The notes under the pieces: generated by a model | The model's input: only the letters and a program-made list of their open reading frames with translations | Told to the model about the DNA's origin: nothing | The model's database searches: none | Shown here: piece after piece, positions 30,730 to 37,410 of the stretch | Numbering within the stretch: the first letter of the stretch is position 1 | How the letters are laid out: every line of letters starts with the position of its first letter | Program-made: the position numbers and the translations under genes | Assembly: GCA_013203145.1 (NCBI GenBank) | Contig: JABMOV010000139.1 | Coordinates: 9,898-73,897, forward strand | Reading direction: 5' to 3' | Length of the DNA: 64,000 nucleotides | From: Fidelibacterota bacterium | Lineage (GTDB): Bacteria > Fidelibacterota > Marinisomatia > Marinisomatales > JABMOV01

Positions 30730-30915
30730 CGCCAACTTTCCGCTAAACGTAAATTATTAGGTTTAGCGGGTTTATTCTTTAATACAAAGTTACGTTTTAA
30801 CCGGAATAACACCCATATACCTCCATTTATTATAAATTTCAAAAACCATCCCTTTTAAGACTTTACCAATTTAAATCAAAAACTCGTCTCATAACCACAT
30901 TTAACTGTATCAAAA
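30730..30915. repeat. Junction repeat copy B (attC-like element upstream of Thoeris)
   Basis: See copy A. On the minus strand it ends in GTTGGCG (30736-30730), 37 nt upstream of the thsB' start. Confidence 0.6.
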
Positions 30916-31007
30916 TCAATGTCTCAAAATGCAAATATAAGTTTTGAGAAATATTAAAAAAAGAGATGAAAGAAAGATTAACCTCCGGCATCCCATATCA
31001 CTTCATT

Positions 31008-31028
31008 CTTAAAACTTAATATCCTGCC
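31008..31028. repeat. Internal copy of the island-boundary motif
   Basis: CTTAAAACTTAATATCCTGCC matches the reverse complement of 20371-20390 (CTTAAAACTTATATCTTGCC) and 32819-32850. Confidence 0.55.
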
Positions 31029-31091
31029 ACTTGATGAGCCGTTAGCAACAAACTTTTTCGAAATTTCATCAAAATAGTTATTGTATTACAT

Positions 31092-31109
31092 TTACTGCCA
31101 TAGCAGTAA
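31092..31109. promoter_or_regulatory. Putative HipB operator 1
   Basis: TTACTGC-CATA-GCAGTAA, with perfect 7-bp arms. Confidence 0.55.
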
Positions 31110-31162
31110 TACAAAGCAAACAATTCTATTTGTCTATCAAATCTATCTTTTGCGATCAATTA

Positions 31163-31180
31163 ATACCGCCATAGCGGTAA
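31163..31180. promoter_or_regulatory. Putative HipB operator 2
   Basis: ATACCGC-CATA-GCGGTAA, with 6-bp perfect arms, 71 bp from operator 1. Confidence 0.55.
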
Positions 31181-31235
31181 TTATTTCATGTTTTAATATA
31201 AAGAACTTGTTTTTAAAATTAATATCAATCTATAT

Positions 31236-31253
31236 TTACCGCCATGTCAGTAA
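31236..31253. promoter_or_regulatory. Putative HipB operator 3 (overlaps the hipB start codon)
   Basis: TTACCGC-CATG-TCAGTAA, an imperfect copy of the same 18-mer, 73 bp from operator 2. The ATG at 31244 lies in its spacer. Confidence 0.5.
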
Positions 31254-31486
31254 AGAATGAGTTACACAACGTGATTTTATATCACAGAAAAAAAGCAAAA
31301 TTAGGTCGAAATGAGTTGGCAGAATTAGCAGGTGTTGGTAAAACAGTAATATACGATTTAGAAAAAGGTAAAAAGACTGTTAAGTGGTCAACAATAATGA
31401 CAATTCTTGAAGCGTTGAATATTGAGATAACGTTTCAAAGCCCATTAATGGAAGAATATGAGAAAAGCAAGAATAAGAACCCATAA
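31244..31486 (+). CDS. hipB: XRE-family HTH protein, HipB of a tripartite HipBST module
   Basis: 80 aa with the HTH LGRNELAELAGVGKTVIYDLEKGKKTV. Confidence 0.8.
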   Translation: MSVKNELHNVILYHRKKAKLGRNELAELAGVGKTVIYDLEKGKKTVKWSTIMTILEALNIEITFQSPLMEEYEKSKNKNP

Positions 31487-31778
31487 TACTAAAGCCGGGA
31501 TTCTAACCGAGTATAGTAAAACACATTATGTTTTTCAATATGATATTGGTTATGAAGGTCCTCCCATATCTCTTACAATGCCGGTACGAGATAATCCTTA
31601 TGAATTTGACTCTTTCCCGCCCTTTTTTGATGGCTTACTCCCTGAAGGAATACAATTAGAAGGTTTGCTGAAATATAATAAGATAGATAAATCGGATTAC
31701 TTCAAACAATTATTGGCAACGGGGCAGGATTTAGTAGGAGCGGTTACTGTAGAAGAAATCGACACCTTTGATGAATAG
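31458..31778 (+). CDS. hipS: HipS: stand-alone HipA N-terminal-subdomain protein
   Basis: 106 aa matching the HipA N-terminal domain pattern (AGILTE...YVFQYD..., PPFFDGLLPEG). It overlaps hipB by 29 nt and hipT by 11 nt. Confidence 0.78.
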   Translation: MRKARIRTHNTKAGILTEYSKTHYVFQYDIGYEGPPISLTMPVRDNPYEFDSFPPFFDGLLPEGIQLEGLLKYNKIDKSDYFKQLLATGQDLVGAVTVEEIDTFDE

Positions 31779-32697
31779 ATGCCCAATTACATATGAACCA
31801 TGCAAAGGCAAATACAGTAAAACCGGTCTGGCAAAGTTATCGCCTCGCTTAACAGAGTTAGTCGATTTACCATTTACTGCACAAGAGCAAAGACGTGAAG
31901 CGGCCTCAAGAGCAACAAAAACGTCTATCCAGGGAGTTCAGCCTAAACTAAGCGCAAGGCTCTCTGTGAAAAGTTCATCATTGGAAATAGTCGATATTAA
32001 AGGAACGTTTATCCTTAAGCCACAAAGTGACATTTTTAGAGAGGTTCCAGAGAACGAGGATGTTACTATGAAGATGGCTAAAATCCTTGGGATTGATGTT
32101 CCCTTAACCGGGTTAGTTTTCTCAAAGGATGGAAGCTTAAGCTATTTCATAAAGCGATTTGACAGGTACGGTACTAATAAGAAAAAACATTTAGAAGATT
32201 TTGCTCAGTTGACAAATAATACGAGAGAAACAAAATACAATTGGTCTATGGAAAAATTAATTCCCGTAATTGATTCTAATTGTACTTTCCCATTAATTGA
32301 AAAGAGAAAATTGTTCAGAAGGATGCTTTTTTGCTTTCTTATTGGAAACGAGGATATGCATTTAAAGAATTTTAGTTTAATAATGCACGACAATATAATA
32401 GAACTCAGCCCGGCATATGACCTGCTTAACTCTACGATTTCAATGGAAAGGGCAACAGAAGAATTTGCTTTACCACTTGCAGGGAAAAAAAGAAAGATAA
32501 CAAGGAAAGACCTAGTAACATATTTTGGAATGGATTGGTTACGGTTAACAGGAAAAACAATAGAATCTGAAATCCAAAATATAAAAGACAAAAAATCAGA
32601 CCTGGAGAGCTTAATACATATTTCTTTCCTAACTAAAGAAATGAAAGAAAAGTATCTTGAATTAATGTCAAATAGATATGAAAGATTAATGGAATAA
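31768..32697 (+). CDS. hipT: HipT: HipA-family Ser/Thr kinase toxin lacking the N-terminal subdomain
   Basis: 309 aa with the Gly-rich/P-loop TSIQGVQPKLS and catalytic loop GNEDMHLKNFSL, followed by SPAYDLLNS. Confidence 0.85.
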   Translation: MMNRCPITYEPCKGKYSKTGLAKLSPRLTELVDLPFTAQEQRREAASRATKTSIQGVQPKLSARLSVKSSSLEIVDIKGTFILKPQSDIFREVPENEDVTMKMAKILGIDVPLTGLVFSKDGSLSYFIKRFDRYGTNKKKHLEDFAQLTNNTRETKYNWSMEKLIPVIDSNCTFPLIEKRKLFRRMLFCFLIGNEDMHLKNFSLIMHDNIIELSPAYDLLNSTISMERATEEFALPLAGKKRKITRKDLVTYFGMDWLRLTGKTIESEIQNIKDKKSDLESLIHISFLTKEMKEKYLELMSNRYERLME

Positions 32698-32815
32698 AGT
32701 CAGCAGCTTATAGTGTATAAACGAAAGGCGTGGTGAATCATTAATAACTCCCTGCGCAATTAATTTCTTTTAATTCATTCCTCGATAACATCTACCCCTT
32801 TTATCTTTTATAGTA

Positions 32816-32857
32816 AACCTTAAAACTTCAGCCTTCAATTACTATCTTCCCCTAAAT
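32816..32857. repeat. Island right-boundary motif
   Basis: AACCTTAAAACTT-(14-nt insert)-TATCTTCCCCTAAAT, directly upstream of prmC. It is an inverted match to 20364-20393 and a direct match to 31008-31028. Confidence 0.6.
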
Positions 32858-33745
32858 TTGGTGCATTCTATGAGCACTGAACCGAAAACCTGGCGAATTA
32901 TTGATATGCTGAAATGGGCGGAATCCTATTTTGGCGAACATGGTTTTCCCCATCCGCGTCGCGATATTGAAGTTTTGTTACAGGATTTACTACACTGCTC
33001 CCGTGTTGATTTATACTTACGCTTTGATGAGCCGTTGGATCGGCAACAATTAGACAAACTGCGATCATGGATAAAGCGCAGAACAAAAAAAGAGCCCATT
33101 CAATATATTACCGGGAAAACAGAGTTCTATGGACTGGAAATGGAAGTCAACGATTCTGTATTAATTCCGCGCCCCGAGACTGAACGGCTTGTGGATGTTG
33201 CCATTCATACGCTGGGGCAGAATGGATCTTCAAAAATTTTGGATATAGGAACAGGTTCTGGTTGTATTGCCATCGCACTGGCTCATGAAATGCCACAGGC
33301 GCATATTACAGCGGTTGATATTCATGATGCTGCTCTGGATTTGGCGAATACAAATAGCAAACGCCATAACGTGAACAATATTGAGTTTAGACAAATGGAT
33401 TTTCTTAAAGAAATTCCAGGTGGAAATTTTGATATGATTGTATGTAATCCACCCTATGTGCCGGAAATTGAGATGGAGTCGCTCATGCCCGATGTTAGAG
33501 ATTATGAGCCCCGCACTGCTCTCACAGATGGCATAGATGGTTTAACATTCTACCATCGCCTGGCCCAAACAGGTCCTGACATGTTGAAACATCGCGGTTG
33601 GATGATTATGGAAGTCGGTTTAGAAGACCATCCTGAAAACGCCAAGGCAATTTTTCAGAATTATCCCTATGGTTCATTGGAGCTCATATCAGATTATAAC
33701 GGGGATCCGCGAGTATTAAAGGTGCGACTTACGCAAGATGAATAA
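32858..33745 (+). CDS. prmC: Release-factor glutamine N5-methyltransferase PrmC/HemK
   Basis: Carries the SAM motif DIGTGSGCIAIA and catalytic NPPY (VCNPPYV). The track start is a TTG. The ATG at 32870 (MSTEPKTW) is the likelier start. Confidence 0.92.
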   Translation: MVHSMSTEPKTWRIIDMLKWAESYFGEHGFPHPRRDIEVLLQDLLHCSRVDLYLRFDEPLDRQQLDKLRSWIKRRTKKEPIQYITGKTEFYGLEMEVNDSVLIPRPETERLVDVAIHTLGQNGSSKILDIGTGSGCIAIALAHEMPQAHITAVDIHDAALDLANTNSKRHNVNNIEFRQMDFLKEIPGGNFDMIVCNPPYVPEIEMESLMPDVRDYEPRTALTDGIDGLTFYHRLAQTGPDMLKHRGWMIMEVGLEDHPENAKAIFQNYPYGSLELISDYNGDPRVLKVRLTQDE

Positions 33746-34577
33746 ATTTATTGCAGGGATTCGTTTACTGCGCCCGCTGAACTGTCTGACTGGCGCTGTG
33801 GTTGTATTTGTTGCAGCAGCAATTACACATTCACTGGATCACATATCACTATTGCTTACTGCCATGGCCGTTGTCATGTTTTACAATGGTGGCGCCAATG
33901 CAATTAACGATTATTATGATTACGAAATTGATAAAATCAATCGTCCTGATCGTCCATTGAGTTCAGGAATGCTCACAAAAAAAACAGGATTACTCATAGC
34001 CATTTCTTTATTTATTCTGGGAACACTTTTGGCTATTCAATTAAACACAATTGCGATGTTGATTGCCATTTTGTTAGCCATGCCAATTTTAATATTTTAT
34101 ACGATAGGTTTAAAAAATAGACCTTTGATAGGAAATATGGCAGTGGCGTTAATCCTGGGATTGGTTTTCATCTTTGCCGGTGCAGTCTTTGAATCCATAG
34201 CCATCATGATCGTTCCGGCCGTTTTAGCTTTTTTGCTCACATTTCTTAGAGAAGTCATAAAAGACGTAGAAGATATGGAAGGCGATAATAAAATGGGGCT
34301 ACGTACATTCCCCATCGTTGCAGGGACGACGGCAACCTACCGCATTGTTCGTTGGTGGGCATTCTTCACCGGATTAATTATGTTATTACCAGTCTGGTAT
34401 GAATATTACACCATTCAGTATTTATGGATTGTCTTGATCGGTATTAATCTTCCCTTACTGTACATTATAACAAAATTTTCATTTGAGCCGGATATGAAAA
34501 CGGTTTCATTATCAGCGAAACTCCTTAAAATCAGTACCATTGCAGGTGTAATTGCAGTTTATTTTGGTTCTGTTTAA
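33738..34577 (+). CDS. UbiA-family prenyltransferase
   Basis: 279 aa, polytopic, with the Asp-rich motif NDYYDYEIDKINRPDRPL and a second motif KDVEDMEGD. It overlaps prmC by 8 nt. Confidence 0.85.
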   Translation: MNKFIAGIRLLRPLNCLTGAVVVFVAAAITHSLDHISLLLTAMAVVMFYNGGANAINDYYDYEIDKINRPDRPLSSGMLTKKTGLLIAISLFILGTLLAIQLNTIAMLIAILLAMPILIFYTIGLKNRPLIGNMAVALILGLVFIFAGAVFESIAIMIVPAVLAFLLTFLREVIKDVEDMEGDNKMGLRTFPIVAGTTATYRIVRWWAFFTGLIMLLPVWYEYYTIQYLWIVLIGINLPLLYIITKFSFEPDMKTVSLSAKLLKISTIAGVIAVYFGSV

Positions 34578-34653
34578 CAGGGAAGACAACCAAGCGATGA
34601 AATCTCAATCAATTATAGAAACGTTGTAAATTGAACCTCACTTTGGAGTAATT

Positions 34654-36093
34654 ATGCGAAATTTTATAATTCTAATTCTGTTGTTTTCTTTTGGATTTTC
34701 TCAACCTGACGATACAGGGCTCACTCTGGAACGTTACCCAATTCTTGTTCTTCCTGCTGACACCACCACGGACTCAGAATCCATTGAAGTTACCTTAACC
34801 AATATAGTTGGAAGTCAGGCTACAAATCTTAATCGATTTGATGTCATTGACCGCGCACAATTGGAAAGCATTTTGAATGAACAAGCGCTTCAAATGTCGG
34901 GGATTGTAAGTGATGAGGATGTGGTAGAGGCAGGGCGTGTAGCATCTGCAAAAGAGGCGTTGGTTGTAAAAGTGATCAATTTTGGACAAAAGGGCGTACC
35001 ACCAGAGGATGAAGAAGAGGAAGACGAAAAAGACCGCAAAGAAGCGCGTAAATCTGGACTTTTTGGAGTACTTGCAAAAGGAATCGTGGATGCCGTTGTC
35101 GATAAGGCGATGGAAGATGTGGAACGTTACCCCAATAATATTCAGACTGTAATCCAGGCGGAAGTACGGAAGATTGATATCGAAAGCGGCAAGTCGGTTG
35201 CTTCATTTCCCATAAATGTGACGCATACGGGAGGGAATCTATCAAAATCTCTTGGAAGTGCATTAGCCGTAGTGACCGCACAAGTTTCCTCCGAATTGAG
35301 AAATCTTTATTTGTTAACCAGCGAATTATTAGATGTAAACGGTGAAGAAATCATGCTGCTTTTGGGTCATGATTTAGGTCTTGAATCCGGTATGCGATTT
35401 GAAATTGTTACACCGGAAGTAAAACGCACAGTTCGAGACAGAGAAATCACCATTCCCGGTCGTAGTGTTGGTTTGGTCAAAGTTGATGAAGTCAGTGGCG
35501 ATGCCAGCCGTGGCAGAGTCTTGAGATCGTGGGACGATTTAGAACCAGGTTATCGTGCAGTTGAATATTTAAAGCCCGTATTTAGTATGGGAATTCTTCT
35601 TGCTACCGCTCCTGCAAATACTATTTACCGATTAGAATTCCAAGCAACTCCGTTGCCCTTTGAGCGGTTCATTGCAATGGGAGTATTTAATCTGGGTACA
35701 ATCAAAGATACATTTGATGACACAGATTTCAGCTTTGGAATTGGCGCCAAACTGGGATGGAAATTTTTACACGGCTCTGGGCGATCTATAGGTTTTATGC
35801 TTTCATTACCCATGCATTTTGCATCGCGTTCTGATGATAAATCACATATCGTAATTCTTCCCATCTTTGCACCTAGCATTGGGGCTTCCACAGCGATTCA
35901 AATAAGCAAAAGCCGTGACATCATTTTTAATGTGGACTATGTTTTTACATCTGCCAAAGGTAGTTGGAAATACTCCAAAGATAATGATGACGATGAAACG
36001 GATATGTTTGATGCTGAATGGGATGATGATGCTCCCGATGTCAAACCTGAAGGATTGTATTTTTCTCTTGGGATGAGATTTTTGACACTATAA
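34654..36093 (+). CDS. Secreted protein with a CsgG/LpoB-like N-terminal module and a probable C-terminal beta-barrel
   Basis: 479 aa with a signal peptide. The segment NRFDVIDRAQLESILNEQALQMSGIV resembles CsgG/LpoB-type modules. An acidic linker follows, and the protein ends in an aromatic-rich beta pattern (...GLYFSLGMRFLTL). Confidence 0.4.
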   Translation: MRNFIILILLFSFGFSQPDDTGLTLERYPILVLPADTTTDSESIEVTLTNIVGSQATNLNRFDVIDRAQLESILNEQALQMSGIVSDEDVVEAGRVASAKEALVVKVINFGQKGVPPEDEEEEDEKDRKEARKSGLFGVLAKGIVDAVVDKAMEDVERYPNNIQTVIQAEVRKIDIESGKSVASFPINVTHTGGNLSKSLGSALAVVTAQVSSELRNLYLLTSELLDVNGEEIMLLLGHDLGLESGMRFEIVTPEVKRTVRDREITIPGRSVGLVKVDEVSGDASRGRVLRSWDDLEPGYRAVEYLKPVFSMGILLATAPANTIYRLEFQATPLPFERFIAMGVFNLGTIKDTFDDTDFSFGIGAKLGWKFLHGSGRSIGFMLSLPMHFASRSDDKSHIVILPIFAPSIGASTAIQISKSRDIIFNVDYVFTSAKGSWKYSKDNDDDETDMFDAEWDDDAPDVKPEGLYFSLGMRFLTL

Positions 36094-36097
36094 TTAG

Positions 36098-36253
36098 ATG
36101 ACCAAAACCAACAATATCTGTCATAACTGCGGATCGCAGCTTTCCGGTCATTTTTGTTCTAGTTGCGGCCAAAAAAGCACCGATAAAAATATAAGTCTTA
36201 AAATCATGCTTGAGGATTTATTCGCGGATGTATTCACAGAATTGAATTGTTGA
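36098..36253 (+). CDS. 51-aa zinc-ribbon peptide (possible truncated DUF3667-type gene)
   Basis: Below the track threshold. Manual translation gives MTKTNNICHNCGSQLSGHFCSSCGQKSTDKNISLKIMLEDLFADVFTELNC*. The CxxC-x8-CxxC N-terminus is like that of much longer DUF3667 proteins. Confidence 0.3.
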   Translation: MTKTNNICHNCGSQLSGHFCSSCGQKSTDKNISLKIMLEDLFADVFTELNC

Positions 36254-36316
36254 TAAATGGGGTTTCCTACGGAGAAATCACTTTTGAATTACTAGTTTGA
36301 TAAAACCAATTATATA

Positions 36317-36859
36317 ATGCACAGAAAACACCTTTTAGAGAATTTAGATCAATATTCCATTAATCATATGGAAGAAACCCAAACGGTTGACTTAGTAAAA
36401 GATTTTGTTATAACGAATACACATTGTTTCGAACGGTCTTTAGATATAGGTCATATCACTGGTTCAGCGTGGATTGTAAATAGGGACAGAACTGAAGTTT
36501 GTCTTACACATCATCGCAAATTAAATATCTGGGTTCAACCTGGCGGCCATGCCGATGGAGAATCAAATATCTTATCTGTAGCGCTTAAGGAAGCACAAGA
36601 AGAAACAGGACTCAAAACACTTCGGATTTTATCAGAAGACATTTTTGACATAGATGTTCACCGTATTCCATCCAGACCAGAAAATGCAAATCATTTTCAT
36701 TATGATATACGATATTATTTAGAAGCGGACTCAGAAGAACTGCCCACCGTAAGCGATGAATCCCATGATGTAACATGGATTCCGATAAACGATATTGAAC
36801 ATGTTACAAAAGAAGAATCAGTTCTTAGAATGTGTAGAAAAATGAAAAAGCTGCATTAG
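36317..36859 (+). CDS. NUDIX hydrolase
   Basis: 180 aa with the Nudix box GGHADGESNILSVALKEAQEETGL. Confidence 0.85.
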   Translation: MHRKHLLENLDQYSINHMEETQTVDLVKDFVITNTHCFERSLDIGHITGSAWIVNRDRTEVCLTHHRKLNIWVQPGGHADGESNILSVALKEAQEETGLKTLRILSEDIFDIDVHRIPSRPENANHFHYDIRYYLEADSEELPTVSDESHDVTWIPINDIEHVTKEESVLRMCRKMKKLH

Positions 36860-36869
36860 ACATTTTGCT

Positions 36870-37391
36870 TTGAGTCTGAAAACAAAATCGCAACTACCAA
36901 ATCGTAAATCAATACGTCTTCAAGGTTGGGATTATTCTAATCCGGGGATGTATTTTGTGACGATTGTATTACAAGAGAGGAAACCAAAATTTGGGGAAAT
37001 TCTTAATAAAACCGTTATTTTAAATGAGATTGGAAAATTGATTGAAAAATGGTGGATTTCAATTCCAAATAGATACAATAATGCTTCATTGGATTCATAT
37101 ATTATTATGCCGGATCATCTGCATGGCATAATTAGCATAAATGAAAGCGTACGGGCGATTCATGAATCGCCCCAACCTATCGAGGAAGATATTCATTCCC
37201 GAAGACAAATGACATTATCTAAAATCATGGGATATTTTAAAATGAATACAACCAAACAAATAAATCTACGCCAGCAAACACCGGGTAACCAGATTTGGCA
37301 ACGTGGCTACTATGATCGCATCATCCGCAACGAAGATGAATTACATAATATTCAAAATTATATAAAGCAGAATCCAACAGCCTCACACTAA
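36870..37391 (+). CDS. REP-associated tyrosine transposase (RAYT / IS200-like Y1 HUH enzyme)
   Basis: 173 aa with N-terminal NRKSIRLQGWDYSNPGMYFVTI, the HUH motif PDHLHGII, and the C-terminal Tyr motif WQRGYYDRIIRNEDELHNIQNYIKQNP. The start codon is non-ATG per the track. Confidence 0.8.
   Translation: MSLKTKSQLPNRKSIRLQGWDYSNPGMYFVTIVLQERKPKFGEILNKTVILNEIGKLIEKWWISIPNRYNNASLDSYIIMPDHLHGIISINESVRAIHESPQPIEEDIHSRRQMTLSKIMGYFKMNTTKQINLRQQTPGNQIWQRGYYDRIIRNEDELHNIQNYIKQNPTASH
37147..37177. repeat. REP-like palindrome copy 1 (inside the RAYT ORF)
   Basis: gcgtacGGGCGATTCATGAATCGCCCcaacc. The 20-bp core at 37153-37172 is a perfect palindrome and encodes VRAIHESPQP. Confidence 0.85.
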
Positions 37392-37410
37392 TATAAAAAT
37401 CACTAAACCA

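Noticed and set aside
20364-32857. Looked for an integron integrase or any tyrosine/serine recombinase in or next to the island
   Set aside because: No ORF with recombinase motifs (R..HxxR..Y) was recognised, so a complete integron cannot be called. Only a CALIN-like array hypothesis is reported.
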